64,000 nt of DNA from Camelus dromedarius (GCF_036321535.1 NC_087436.1:19904001-19968000), one strand, 5' to 3'; shown: positions 1 through 13,455, counted from the first letter of the stretch. Notes: a model not told the origin generated them from the sequence alone. Made by a program: numbers and translations.

Positions 1-840
1 CAGTCATGGCTAGCGTCGGGCCCGGTCCCTCGGCGTCATAACGGCGCCATTGTTCTCGCCGTGGATTTTTGAGCTGGCTCTGTGCGTGCACCTGCTGGGA
101 CTGTCGGGTGCAGCTGTTTGTGGCCACCGGGTCCGGGAGCCTCTGTGCCAGCCACATCACCGCCTGCGGACCCGGAGCACAGTGACAAATTCAAGCGTGT
201 ACGTACCTACTTGTTTCCAAAAGAGAGATGGAAAACACTTGATTCTTTCTTGCTCGGCTATTAAGGGGAGTCTTTCTTGCTCCTTCAACTGAAACGAAAC
301 AGAAAAACGACTTCAGGGAACCCAGTAGGATTAAAAAATCGCTGGTGGAATGCTGTTTTAAACGGACTCTCAAGCCTCCCCCAACCCCCTCCACTGCCCC
401 CGTTTTGAGGTTTCCCAGTGTCTATGATTGTGAAATCAGACCCCTTCCCTGAACCGTCATCCGCTCTTCTGCCTGAGCCCACACTGAACATTCCTTGGTC
501 CCCCAAGATTGATGCTGTTCCCTGGGAGCGAGGCTTCCTGGGCTCAGCCCCGTAATTGATTCAGGGAAGAGGCTGGGGCAGCCCCTGTTTGTTGCTGGCT
601 TTCTGGGCTGACGGAAAAGATGATTTTGGAAACTTTGCTCCGAGTTTCTTTCGGCATGGGAGGCAGGCCTTTGAGGGCTGCAGCCCTCCGTATTTGCATA
701 GATCTTTCTTGGGAGCCAGGAGACAGAAGAAGACTGTTGCACGTCAGGGCAAGTGATTCAGTGGTCGCGTGACCGGGGCCGTGCGGGGGAGAGGCGTGCT
801 CAGGTTCTGCTGCCTCTCTGCCCGTTCTCCCTGATCCAGC

Positions 841-1019
841 AGCAGTTCTCACCTTCACCGCACATCAGACCTACCTGGGAAGTTTTTGTTTTAAATGCCA
901 GGGTCTAGCCCCACTACCAGAAGTTATGATTTAGTTGGTCTAGGATAAGACCTAGACACTGGTGTTTTCTTTAAAATCTTCAAAAGATTCTAAAATGCAG
1001 CCAGGACTAGGACCACTGA
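841..1019. mobile_element. MER5-type hAT-Charlie MITE relic (MER5B-like)
   Basis: Termini cagcagttctca... and ...aggaccactga, with internal gatttagttggtctagg and gattctaaaatgcagccagg typical of MER5. Confidence 0.65.
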
Positions 1020-2544
1020 CGTGGAAGATACAGTTGGTACCTGGGTTGTTTTGTTTGTTTTGTTTTGTTTTTTCAGTACACTTCTTTCCCCTGACTTTCT
1101 CTCCCAGACCATGAAAAGGCCCTGGTGTTGTGTGATGGCGCTGAGGCATTCAGCATAGGTCAAGGTTGACATGAACCGGAGGCCTGGGTGAGTCACGGTC
1201 ACAGAGCCCCGTGTTTTCCCTCGTGGGGCCTCATGACAGGAGAATTAAAAGAAGCACCTCAACATTCTCCAGTTGGAATTAGAAAGTTTCCAGGCTTATC
1301 TAGAACTAGCGACTAAGGGTAACGTCATTAGATGCCTGCTTAAAAGTTGCCTGCTCCGTTCAGCCTTACATCACCTCCCTTTCTGAAAACTACACTTTTC
1401 AAGATATAACATTTAATTCTAACTCTCCAAATTAGAACCAAGCAGTTGACAGAAACTTGGCACCTCAGTTGTGGGCTGGGAATATCTTTTTATCTTTCTG
1501 TCCCTGGTTTTGTGAAAATAAAATATATGAGTCATTTCAACTATTTTTGTTTGGAAACTGGCCAAAAAAAAAATTTTTTTTTTATACTGTCTCCCACCGT
1601 CTCTTAATTTCATTAAGTTGAGACCGAAAACGTTTTCACCGTGAGAGATGGACTCTTGAAAAGCAGTGACTTGCGAATGGCTCCAAGCTGAACTGTTCCG
1701 TACTGGTTAGGAGCTCAGCCCTCAAGTAGGAAGGTTTTCGTGAATAAACGCAGGGGAGCTGGTGCACGTGTTTGTGTTGTGTCTTGCAGTTTCCCCTAGG
1801 CCTTTGTTCTGCCACCTCCATCTATTTCCCACAATTTTGTGCATCTGAATTTACAGTACAGTTCATCTCTAAATGACATCTCCCTGTCCTGTGATACCTT
1901 TGTTTGTGCTGCTGAAGGAGGAGGGACGAGAGATGCCCGGTAAACCAGGCATCCTTATCACCTGGCGGCTCGGATTGGCTTTCTGTCAAACATGTTAACC
2001 AATGAGCCTTCTTGCCAAGGAAATGCTGTCCCTCTGCCACTCACGCCCTAAGGCTTCAGTGCCCACAGCCCGGGCTCTCCCCAAGCCTAAGTGTGCCTTC
2101 CCCAATGAGTTTATTCTGGGCAGCCTTCCTCTGCATCTTCAGTTTGGCCCTTTTTAGCCTGCCTGGCTTTTCTCACCATGGGCCCTCACTGACCACGTGA
2201 CTAAAATTCCCAGTGTCAGAAGCTGCATTGAGGGGCCTCGTATGTGCAGGCAGCCTGAGTGCCCTTTTGAAATCCTGGATTTTACTGACCGTGGTGGGTG
2301 ATTCATATGAGAGGGAGCGTGTGACTCTTTCCTGTTTTTCGGTGACTTGCCCCTTCACAAGACACAAGGGCTGATCTGAGTCACAGGAGGGAGCAGGTGT
2401 CATTACAAGAATGTGGAACCTGAAGTTACACGCTCATGGGCTCCAACTTCCAGGGACGGAGACTTGGTGACATTTACTCATTGTTTATGATTTTTCCAGA
2501 ACGGTCCCTTACATCGTCATGCTTACTCTGTGCCCTGTCACCCA

Positions 2545-2700
2545 TTTGAACTCATAACAACCCGATAGGGAGAGACTATTAGTATTCCCATTTTACAGAT
2601 GACAACTGAGAAACAGAGAGGTTCAGCAACTTGCCCACGTTTACACAGCAAATAAGTGGTGGTATTGGGAGTCTAATCCAGGCAGCCACATTCCAGTGTT
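2545..2700 (-). mobile_element. MIR SINE fragment
   Basis: MIR core: cccattttacagatgacaactgagaaacagagaggttcagcaacttgccca. Confidence 0.75.
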
Positions 2701-3267
2701 CCCTCCCCCAGGCTGCCTAATCACCACATCACAAAGTCAGGAAGCTATAAAGCCGGAACTTGGCTCTGTTTCTGCTCTTGTTGTTGTAGAGTTAGCCACA
2801 GTCCCCTGCCAGGGAGCCAGTCTCTGAATGTTGTGTGTTAGACACCGCTGGAAGCTACACTAACACTTCTAGGCCTTTCGGGCATTATTTAGTGCAAACA
2901 GAGTAGTCACAGTAAGTCCAGTTACAGTGCATTTTCAAGTACATCGTCTTGCTGCAAGCGTGTAGATGCGGAAACCAAGACTGGAAATAAATACTGTAGG
3001 AAGGGCACCACCGGAATCCAGATGTTTCTTTCCTCACTGTGCTGGAGACAGTTTACCTCAATCTGGAATCACCCTCAGGATAATTTTTTGTCTTGATAAA
3101 CTCTTGGGAAAATTGGTCAAAGTCTGTCTTTCTGCAAAACTGAATCCGGGTCATTTTCTTCCTTCCCCCAGAAGTACATCTCCTTCCACTTACTACTCTG
3201 TTGCTCTCGCTGTTGCTTCTAGTCTTGCTATCCTGAACCTCGTTACTGATCAAATGGGTTTACAGTG

Positions 3268-3440
3268 AGCCGGGCACTGTGCCAGCAACTTGATGGAATT
3301 TCTCATTTACCCCCCTGCCCTCAATAGCACTATTAATATCACACCTATTTTACAGATGAGGAAGCTGAAGTTAAAACATTTCGGCTACAAGGCATGGAGC
3401 AAAGATTTGACTCTGCCTAACTGGGAAGCTTGGCTCCTGA
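3268..3440 (-). mobile_element. MIR SINE fragment
   Basis: MIR core: cctattttacagatgaggaagctgaag. Confidence 0.65.
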
Positions 3441-4609
3441 TCACTGAATTAGCTCTTACCTAATTTTTTTTTTCCCTCAGTTGAGCAAAGAAACTTACCT
3501 CCGTCTGCTTCACTGTTTATTTTCCTTGGCTTCAAACCATGGCATCATTTAAAAATACATACTAATTCAGTCACTCATCTGGTTCAATTTTTTGTGTCTT
3601 CAGAATACACCCACAGTCCATCCCTTCGAAGGGCATCTTTTCCTGGCTGTGACCTCACACGGCTCCCTCCAGCTCCCTGCCTGCCACCTTTCCCACCCCA
3701 GGACCATCCCCCACCGCCCAGGTCTTCAAGGCGTTAATGGGCTCTTCCAATACCTCCTGCGTCAGGCTGTGCCCCTGCCTGGCTCCTTTCTGCTGAGTAA
3801 CAGTGTCCCCACTCCTCTCAAGAAAAATGCCGACAGCATTCACCAGCTCATAGACACACCCCCTCATTTCCATTCACCTGCCTTCACTCTTGTTCCAGGA
3901 GTCTGGCCCTTTGAACCATGGAGTTCTGTATATCTTTCTCCTATTAGATAAAATGAGGGAGGGGGAGAGGATTTTCTACTAAAAAGAATTAATAATGTTA
4001 TTAAAATAACTATTTTAATGCACTCTAACCCCCAGTGTTTCTGTATCTTTGTAGAGAATTTGTAGCAACGTTGGGCTCCCGTTGCTGTGATAGCCACCCC
4101 CTTACCCCCCAGCTTCAGTGATACTTAGAATCTTAATATCCAGGTGGATGCTTGTGTTATTGCTTGTGTATTAGTCTTGCCTCTTCAGCTATGTTTCAGG
4201 TGGCTGTGAGGGGAGGAGATAATGTTTCCTTTACAATGTCTTTATCTTTGTGTCACCCACAATGCATTCATGGCAGATGATAAGAAGGATATTCCATCCA
4301 TCATATTCTGGAAGTCAGATTTTCAGAGGTTAAAAAAGACTTGCAAGCAACTTGCAGAACAACATACACAGCGTGACCCTTTTATGTTAAAAATCCGTAT
4401 AACATAAAAAAAAAAAAAGATTTGCAAATTCACAACCAGCTCCATAGTGCTATAAAGAGGATGGAGAGGGAGGTGGTCCATGGAAAGAAGTCAGGCTGTT
4501 GTTCAAAGGGAACCTCAAAGGGTGGGAGCATCTTAGTGTTTTCTCGCATCCCGTGTTCCAGGACCTCATCCTGTAGGGCCTAGTCTAGGAGCCAGAGTCC
4601 ATCATACCG

Positions 4610-5105
4610 TTAGTTAAGTAAAAAACTGTTCCATAATTGAGCTGCTCAAAATAGTAGCCATTTTCTTAGCTTACGAGTTTGGGGATTGGTGGTTTGGGCA
4701 TGGCGGACCAGGGTTTTCCTTCTGGTCTCTTCTGACTCCTCCAGCTGCAGCCCCTTGCAGGGTCGGCCAGGGGTTGACTGATCTAGGATGGCCCCAACAG
4801 GAATGACTTCTCTCTGTTCCCCAGGGTCTCCCACCCTTCAGTGGGCTATCCTAGGCTCGCCCACATGGCTCCTGGACCGGGTTCCAAAGGAGAGAGCCGA
4901 AGTGCTCAAAACCTTCTGGAGGCTGGGCTCAGAACCAGCCCCATATCACTTCCACCACCTTCTGTTGACCAAAGCCATCCACAAGTCCAGCCCAGCTTCA
5001 GAGTGTGGGAGAATTTACTCCACCTCTTGGGGAGGAGCTGCAGAGTCACTTGGCCAAGGGGATGGGTTTTCAGGGAGAGGAATCACAGTGGCCGTTTTGC
5101 TCCCA
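4610..5105 (-). mobile_element. MaLR solo LTR (older MLT1 subfamily)
   Basis: Typical motifs: tcacttccaccaccttctgttgaccaaagc...cagcccagcttcaga...actccacctcttggggaggagctgcagagtcac. Confidence 0.65.
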
Positions 5106-6369
5106 CCGCCCAGAGTTCTTCAGATTCTCTGGGTATCCCACAAAGACAAAAATCATTAAAATACCGATGTGGGAACCAGAATGTCTGCACAGTAATTTAA
5201 AATGACAAGTGTAACAATCAAGAGGAGATGTCATCTGGGGCAGATGGTCACCGACGTCCCTGAAAAGTGTTGGAGATGTACTATCCAGTCTTTAGGTTTT
5301 CTCTTTTCTAGTCTCAAGTCACCTCGCTGCTCCGCTGTTCGTACATGCAAATCACTTCCCGGCTGTTTGTACAGTTCATCCCTTGGATGTGTTAATAGCG
5401 TGAATTTAAAGTGCAGTTTTCTTCCGCATTTACTCAGGGGCTTGATGGGTTTTCCAGGACTGGCCCTTCCTGCTTTTGACAAGGGAGATATCCTGCCTGT
5501 TAAGTGGATTACTGCAAATAGGTGCCCTTGTGGCTTTTAGTAGTTTCGTTTACAGAGAAAAGCCTTATTTATTTTAAAGTTTTGTAGCTCTGCTTATTGT
5601 TATTATTACCCTTGACCCTGCTCCGGAGCTGTTTTGTTTTCCCTTTGTCACTATGTCTATATTCGTAATAGCTGTCGCAGGGGACCTGTGCTGTCCTGGT
5701 CTGAGGACGAAGATCCCGCAGCATGACCAAGGATTAGCCCAGGTGGGGATGAGAAATCCAGTGAACTATAATGAGTAATATCTGCTGGTTAAAACTTCAC
5801 TAACACTCATTATAAAACTACTTGAGGCCAATTAAGAAGTGTACTTTATGAGAAACCAAGATTTGAAAGTATTTGGCTATTGTCTTAAACCTTCTATTTG
5901 AATATAAAGTGCTCTACTGTTAATTCATTAAATCTTGGCTTTCCATATGATTTCAGAAGACAGTTTATTTTCTTCTCACCCAAAGTGCATCACGTTGCCA
6001 AAAAAAAATCCCAGGTCCCCAGACAGATCATGTATACTTACATACACTCACGGCGGGGCTAGGGTAGTTAATAACTGCACTGATTTGCAATTAGTGAGAG
6101 TTGAGCTCTGATACTGGTTCCATCATTAATAAGCTGTGTGATTTTGGGGTCATATCAGTCTCTGAGGTGCTGTTTTCTTATGGTAAAATAAAGGAGTGGA
6201 AAACACTTGTAGTTTTCAATTTGTTTGTTTTTAAACATCAAACCCATTTTTTTCAAGTCAGATCTTAAGTGCAGACTCATAGATAACACAAGGAATATTT
6301 TATATATTTTAAAAATATTTTTTATATTTTATTTAATATTTTTATATTTTAGAATTTTATGTACTTTTT

Positions 6370-7685
6370 TTTAATCTTTAACCAAACTAATTTTATTTTA
6401 TTTTATTTTATTTTTTTAACATTTTTTATTGATTTATAATCATTTTACAATGTTGTGTCAAATTCCAGTGTTCAGCACAATTTTTCAGTCATTCATGGAC
6501 ATATACACACTCATTGTCATATTTTTTTCTCTGTGAGTTATCATAACATTTTGTGTATATTTCCCTGTGCTATACAGTGTAATCTTGTTTATCTATTCTA
6601 CATTTTGAAATCCCAGTCTATCCCTTCCCACCCTCCACCCCCCTGGTAACCACAAGTCTGTATTCTCTGTCTGTGAGTCTATTTCTGTCCTTTATTTACG
6701 CTTTGTTTTTGTTTGTTTGTTTGTTTTTGTTTTTTAGATTCCACATATGAGCGATCTCATATGGTATTTTTCTTTCTCTTTCTGGCTTACTTCACTTAGA
6801 ATGACATTCTCCAGGAGCATCCATGTTGCTGCAAATGGCATTATGTTGTCGGTTTTTATGGCTGAGTAGTATTCCATTGTATAAATATACCACCTCTTCT
6901 TTATCCAGTCACCTGTTGATGGACATTTAGGCTGTTTCCATGTTTTGGCTATTGTAAATAGTGCTGCTATGAACATTGGGGTGCAGGTGTCATCCTGAAG
7001 TAGATTTCCTTCTGGATACAAGCCCAGGAGTGGGATTCCTGGGTCATATGGTAAGTCTATTCCTAGTCTTTTGAGGAATCTCCACACTGTTTTCCATAGT
7101 GGCTGCACCAAACTGCATTCCCACCAGCAGTGTAGGAGGGTTCCCTTTCCTCCACAGCCTCTCGAGCATTTGTCATTTGTGGATTTTTGAATGATGGCCA
7201 TTCTGACTGGTGTGAGGTGATACCTCCTTGTAGTTTTGATTTGCATTTCTCTGATAATTAGTGATATTGAGCATTTTTTCATGTGCTTTTTGATCATTTG
7301 TATGTCTTCCTTGGAGAATTGCTTGATTAGGTCTTCTGCCCATTTTTGGATTGGGTTGTTTATTTTTTTCTTATTGAGTCGTATGAGCTGCTTATATATT
7401 CTGGAGATCAAGCCTTTGTCGGTTTCACTTGCAAAAATTTTCTCCCATTCCGTAGGTTTTCTTCTTGTTTCATTTCTGGTTTCCTTTGCTGTGCTGTGAG
7501 TCTATTTCTGTCCTGTATTTACGCTTTGTTTTTGTTTGTTTGTTTGTTTTTGTTTATTTTTTATTTTTATTTTTTTAACATTTTTTATTGATTTATAATC
7601 ATTTTACAATGTTGTGTCAAATTCCAGTGTTCAGCACAATTTTTCAGTCACTCATGGACATATACACACTCATTGTCACATTTTT
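6370..7685 (-). mobile_element. Young 5'-truncated LINE-1 (ORF2 C-terminus plus 3'UTR) with re-copied 3' segments, bounded by a 16-bp TSD
   Basis: Minus-strand frame open from ~7494 to the stop at 6734. It encodes the ORF2p C-terminus (PTEWEKIFA, Cys-rich [32 protein letters not shown]). TSD attttatgtacttttt at 6354-6369 and 7686-7701. Confidence 0.95.
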
Positions 7686-8139
7686 ATTTTATGTACTTTT
7701 TATATAACTTTATCTTTTAGATTCACATTTATTATATTTATTTATTTTAAAAGTCCAGCAATTAGAAAAAAAGTTGCTAAGTGATAAGCCCAAAACACAG
7801 AATTACTGTGATGATAGGATGAGGTCTTACAGCAGTTTAGACATCTAGTATATTTCTAAATTTGTTTTGCTGATTGCAGTGTCAAGAAATGCCATTTACA
7901 CAGGGACGCTGTGGCAAATGAGATAATATTTTTAACACTTCATCTTGTAATCTCAGGAGCTCTTTAATTGAATTTATTCAGCTGCTTGAGCGAAGAGGAC
8001 GCTAATAAAAAGCTTCAAAGTTGACAACGTTTAGCAAGTGCCCTTATTCTCTAGTATAATAAAGGGCAGACAGGAAGCGTCCTGGACTTTCGATATGTAC
8101 TAAAGCCATCTATAATTCTTTGTTAACAACTTGGTTATT

Positions 8140-8310
8140 ACTCAGTTAATCGTTATTTGGAAATTTATTTAATCTCTAGTTTCCGATTGTTCATCTACCA
8201 AATGGGGATAGTGGTAGTACTACTTCGAAGGGTTGTTGAGCGGATCAGATCAACTAATCCAAGGAAACAGCATACTACCCAGCCCACATTAAGTGCTCTA
8301 TAAATGACAG
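8140..8310 (+). mobile_element. MIR SINE fragment
   Basis: ttcatctaccaaatggggatagtggtagtactacttcgaagggttgttgagcggat. Confidence 0.6.
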
Positions 8311-8421
8311 AGCCAACGATATCTATATTATAGCTGCATATTTCTGTCTATCTCCTCTAGTCATGATCAGAAGCTTCACCAAAGCAGATGCATTTGAACT
8401 GCCCTGGCATTTAATTTAAGA

Positions 8422-8621
8422 CAGTGGGTCTCACCAGAGGTGTGCTCAGGAGACAGTTGGCAATGTCTAGAGAAATTTTTGTTCCCACAACTGGGAAGAG
8501 CTATTGGCTCTCATGGGTCAAGGCCAGGGAATCTGCTAAACACCCAGCTGTTTGCAGGACAGTTCCTCAGAGCACATTATCCAGCCCAGAGTGTCAGTGG
8601 TGCTGAGGTCGAGAAAGCCTG
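8422..8621. mobile_element. MER20 hAT-Charlie element
   Basis: cagtgggtctcacc...ggagacagttggcaatgtctagaga...gtgtcagtggtgctgaggtcgagaaagcctg. Confidence 0.8.
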
Positions 8622-10609
8622 ATTTAAAGCCTGCTTACGGACCCTAGTGCTCTACCATAATAATACAGTTTTACATGCCCGAGCCTGAATTTTTGGAAAG
8701 ATCAGTGCATAGGCAGCTGCTTCCTTATTAGTGACATTTTACTAGAGTGCTACCATTCCTACGAGAGCAGGAGGAATGGCATTACAAGTGTTACGAGAAA
8801 CTGAATTAATTTGCTAACCCAAGTTAACATATCAGTGGTCTCCAGGGAGTTGACATTTTATAAATAATGGAACTGAGAGTATACGTTTTAAAATTAAATT
8901 TTAAATTAGCTTCACTAATCTTAAAAGCTTTTATTTGAAACTGACATTTGTTGGAACCCCCTGAAGCTTATCCCAGGGTTCCCTGGAACACTGTTTGAAA
9001 ACCACTGAGCTGCAGCCCCTTCCATGTCAAAGAATCTCTGGCTCTGCTTTAGGGGCAGGGAGTAAATAAATACAATTCTCAGTGGCCCGGGTTTTTCATG
9101 TAGCAGTTCAGCATTCAGAAAATTGCCAGACTGTAGCATGAAAGAGAGCCTTGTCTATTTTAAACTCAAGGAAAGTGTCCTTTTCCTTCACCAGAGGGAA
9201 CGGACAAAGCAGAGCAGAAGCAGTCATGTTGCTGTCTGTTCTTCCTCTTCCACCCTTCACAAAATTCTTCCCTACCAGAAAACGCCCCTTTCCTTCAGGT
9301 TACAGCCCACCTTTCCCTTTCTCATTAACATTGCTTCCTTCATGCCCTTATCACTTCTGTCCAGAGCCCGCAGTGCAATTGCCTGGGTTAGCATCCTTCT
9401 TAGAGGCGCTTGGACTGTCTAGGAGGGAAAGGAGAGAGCGTGGGTGCATCGTCAGCCAGAAGCCCTGCAGTCTAGTGTCTCTGTGTTTCGGAGGGGTTAG
9501 TCTCAGCCTCTGGGGACCTTCGCTCCCTCACCTATGAAGTGAAGATAATAACAGTGGCCATCTCCTGTAGCTGAGGGAAGGCTCAATTCCTGTGTGACTA
9601 TTCGAATGCCAGTTGTATGCATGACTAAGGCATACAATGATCTTTAAGGATGTGACGCACTATGGTCCTCGGGGAGGAGGATGGGAGGGGGGCTTAGGCA
9701 GGATCTCCATGTGGACTGATGACCCCTTGCCAGAAAGAGGGGTTCCTTTCACAGTGTATTAATGCTGGCCTGTCGGAATCAGAAACTTGGGATCATTTTA
9801 CCCCAGTGGCTTTCCATTCCTTTCTCATGTTAGCCTTTACCTTGAATCCTTTCTAAATCCTCAAAAAGCTGATTTGTTTCCTTTCAAAGGCAGCCCGGCT
9901 CCACTGAGTGCATGAACTTGCAGACATACGTAATTTTTAATCAGAGTGGCTCAGGTCACACAATGTTTGAACAGTGAGAGAAAGGACCTCTTGGTGAGTG
10001 GGGTTTCCTCACTGCATTACTGGAAGCTTGAAGACATAAACAGAAGTCAAGGCAGGTGCTGTGAAAGTCCTTTATGACTTGAGTACCATGCGAGCACAGA
10101 TCTTTCTGTTAGGAGTAAGAGTGAAGTAAAAAACTAAGCAATGAGTCATGAATTATTGCTTTTCTTTTAGCAATTTCCCCAAAGGGAAAAGAATACATCT
10201 TTAGTTCCACCTTTCTCTGTAGAAAGATAATGGTTTTTTTAAAGTAAGATAGTAAAAAATGATGGTAATTATTCAGTCATATTAATTAAAAAATATAGGG
10301 CTTTATGTACTATTCTCAGTGTAAATATTTCTGGTAATTGAAAGAAAGCAGGGTAGTGTTCATATTTCTATTTTGACATCATCTATTTAGACTCCAGGGT
10401 TTGGGAAACTAAAATTTGGACCAATGAGTGTTTCCCACACATTTTTTGGATATGTCATTAGCTATATGTACATGTCCCCCAGCACATGACTAGTTTTATG
10501 CCATTCTTGGCATTGTCAGTATGAAAACCAGGTGTGCAGTACCTTGCGAATTTATAAAATTATAAAACAGCAACACGCAGCTTGCCTATTGTTTTTCGTT
10601 GTTGTTGTT

Positions 10610-10950
10610 ATGGTAGAGTTGATTTACAATATTATTTAAGTTTCAGGTGTACAACATAGTGATTCACAATTTTTAAAGGTCGTATTGTATTTATAGTTAT
10701 TATAAAATATTGGTTTTATTCCCTGTGCTGTGCAATGTACCATCCTGGTAGCTTATTTATTGTATGCATAGTCATTTGTACCTCTTAATCCCCTACCCCA
10801 CCCTGCCCCTCCCCTCTTCTGTCTCCCTGCTGGTAACCACCAGTTTGTTTTCTGTATCTGTGCATCTGTTTCTCTTTTTTTTTGTTATATTCCCTAGTTT
10901 GTTTTATTTTCTTTAGATTCCACATAAAAGTAATATTATACAGTGTTTAA
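10610..10950 (-). mobile_element. LINE-1 3'UTR fragment (artiodactyl-type)
   Basis: agttgatttacaatatt...tttcaggtgtacaacatagtgattca...ggtaaccaccagtttgttttct...tagattccacata. Confidence 0.85.
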
Positions 10951-11844
10951 GTGACTTATTGAAGTTCTGTTAAATCTGGGTCGTACTAACAATCCTAAAT
11001 ATCTTTTTTTTTCCCCTTAAGACTTAGGTAGCATGTATTCTGACTGATGCCCCGAAGCTACTTATGTCTCTGGAGAGCACTGGCTTAATGGTTGCCCTCT
11101 CTAACGGTTGGGATTTGCTTTTGGGGCCTCAATAGTTCCTTATCTCTTTCTCAGCCTCACCTTTGAATTTTTTAAAGCTCCAAAAATAAAAGATACAGCT
11201 TTGAAGCATTTTGAAAAATACATAACCATTCGCTTTATATTGTTCCTTCCCGAAGACTCAAAGTTACAGACTTAATAGAGAGCACGTCATTTAATTACTG
11301 TGTTGTGACTAACTTAGGATGCTTCTGGAAAGGGTTTTATAAAGGATTCTGGAAGAAAGGCTTAGGGCAAGAGAAGCTTTAGGCAGTGGCAGAAAAAAGA
11401 AAAAGAAAAAAGAACTCAGGAAGTGGTTGAAAGAGGAGAAATGTGCTAAGTAAACAGAGCTCTTGTAGGAGCCACCTTCTGTAGAGGTTGGAAATACATG
11501 CTTAATGATTCTTCTAGAAACTGTCTTTGTTCCCTCTGGCTCAAATTCCAATGGCGCTGTGTCCAAAGGGTTAGATTTTCAGCACTTTCCCTGAGATTTT
11601 TCTGGGTTCCCTCTTTGGTGATGCCAGAGCCTAAGTGACCATTCAGAAACACCTTAGTCAGCACTGAGGTATGGTAGCAAAGCTTTTAACTTTATCTGGA
11701 AGGTCGTATCCCCAGCGGAATGATCAGATCTGGGGAAAGCACTTCCGATCGCCTTTGGTGGAATATTTTGGGATTCGTAGTTTCTGTCCACCGCAGGTAG
11801 TAACAGAGTGCCAACAGATGTCACTGATTTTCGGCCAACGTGTT

Positions 11845-12600
11845 TTGTTCATTCAGCCAGTGTATGTTGAGCACCTACTATGTGCCAGGCCCTGTTCTAG
11901 GAACTTGAGTTACATCAGTGTTAGAATAAAGATCATTGCCTTCATGAAGCCTCCCCTGGAGTTGAAGGAACAGACCATAAATGGTTAATATAATAAATAA
12001 GAAAGTTAGATAGTATGGATTAGTCTGGACTGCTGTAACAAAACACCACAGACTTGGCTTAAACAACAGAAATTGATTTCTCACAGTTCTGGAGGCTGGA
12101 GGTCCAAGATCAACGTGCTGTCAGATTTGGTTTCTCCTGAGATTTGGATTCTCCTTGACTCGAAGGTGGCCGCCTCTTGCTGTGTCCTCATGGGGTCTTC
12201 CCTCTGTGCGAGCACATCCCTCGTGTCTCTGTGGTTATCAGGACACCAGTCATACTGGATTGTGGCCGCACCCTAATGGCTATATTTAACTTAAGTACCT
12301 CCCTGTCTCCCAGTACAATCACAGTAAGGATTAAGGCTTCAAAATGTATTTGGGAGGTGGGGCAGACACAGTTCAATCTGTAGCAGGATGTTATCCAGTG
12401 ATAAATATTTTGGGGAAGAAAAGGAAAACTAGAGTCAGGTAAGAGAGATTGGGTATACTGTGGGGTGGGAGTTGCAGTTTTCATCAGGATGGTCAGGCTC
12501 TTCATTGGGAAGGTGGTATTTTAGCAAAGACTTGAAGGTCAAGTTAGATTGAAGTGCGGTTGTAACACAGGGACCAGAGACAGAGGAGTGGTGTGGAGGC
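11845..12600 (-). mobile_element. L2 LINE 3' fragment interrupted by an MLT1 LTR
   Basis: L2 tail ttcattcagcc...ttgagcacctactatgtgccaggccctgttctagg. L2-like sequence resumes after 12384 (ggatggtcaggctc...tttagcaaagacttgaagg). Confidence 0.65.
12015..12383 (-). mobile_element. MLT1A/B-like MaLR solo LTR
   Basis: ctgctgtaacaaaacaccacagacttggcttaaacaacagaaattgatttctcacagttctggaggctggaggtccaagatcaa...cacagttcaatctgtagca. Confidence 0.85.
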
Positions 12601-13219
12601 AGGTAAGGGACATAAAATGGGCAGCCCATGGACTTGGTTCTAGTCCTAACTCTTCATCCTTCTGGCAGTAAAACTTCCAAGGGTCACTTTAGCCCTCCAG
12701 GTTCCCGTTTCCAGCTGTGCTGGTCTTTGCGAACTTGTGACTCCGTAGCGTCTATTCTCAGAGGGCCATGAGGTAGAAAGAAAGAGCTTTGTGCCTGTAT
12801 GTTGGCCGGGAGCAAGCAGTGGATAAGGGGTGATGGGTGTTTACTTTGGAAATTTATTTTCATTCTTTTTGTTGTTGTTGTTAAGGAGGAGTGGGCTTAA
12901 GGCTCATTCTAGTAAGCATTTCTAAGAACCCTGTACTAGGATGGGAACGTCTTTCTCAAAATGCAAACACACCTAATATAAGCAACCTAAGTTCCTACTC
13001 CACGGCCCTTCAAGGGGCGCAAGATGCCTGTGAACATGACAGAGGGTAGAAGAGGTTGCTTATCTTCTTATCTTATTTTCTGGGGAAAGACCGAGAAGCA
13101 GTATGTAGCTCAGTGGGTGAAGGCCTGATACAGTGTAGCCAAACCACGGGATCCATCCAGTAATAGGCCAGTTAGCTCTGCCCTGACCACACGCTCCACA
13201 GCAGCCAACCATGCTAAAA

Positions 13220-13455
13220 ATGGAAAAAGGACACTGATGGAAAAACTGTTGAAATCTGAATAAAACCTGGGCCTTAGATCACAGTGAAGTGAATTTCTTC
13301 CTTCGGACAAATGCACCATGGTTACGCACTGTGGTTACGTAAGATGCTGACGTTGGGAACACTGGGTGAAGGGCTGTATGGGAACTCTCTGAATCAGCTT
13401 TGCAACTGCTCTGCAAATCTAAAATTATTCCAAAGTAGAAATATTTCTTTTAAAA
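13220..13455 (+). mobile_element. Ancient L1M (L1MC/MD-like) 3' end
   Basis: gacaaatgcaccatggtta...ctgggtgaagggctgtatgggaactctct...ctttgcaactgctctgcaaatctaaaattattccaaa. Confidence 0.7.

Noticed and set aside
6734..7411. 225-aa ORF as a host gene
   Set aside because: It is the L1 ORF2p C-terminus within a truncated insertion with a TSD.
13100..13130. tRNA A-box-like tgtagctcagtgggtgaagg
   Set aside because: No B-box, cloverleaf or tail; cannot be called as a tRNA or SINE.
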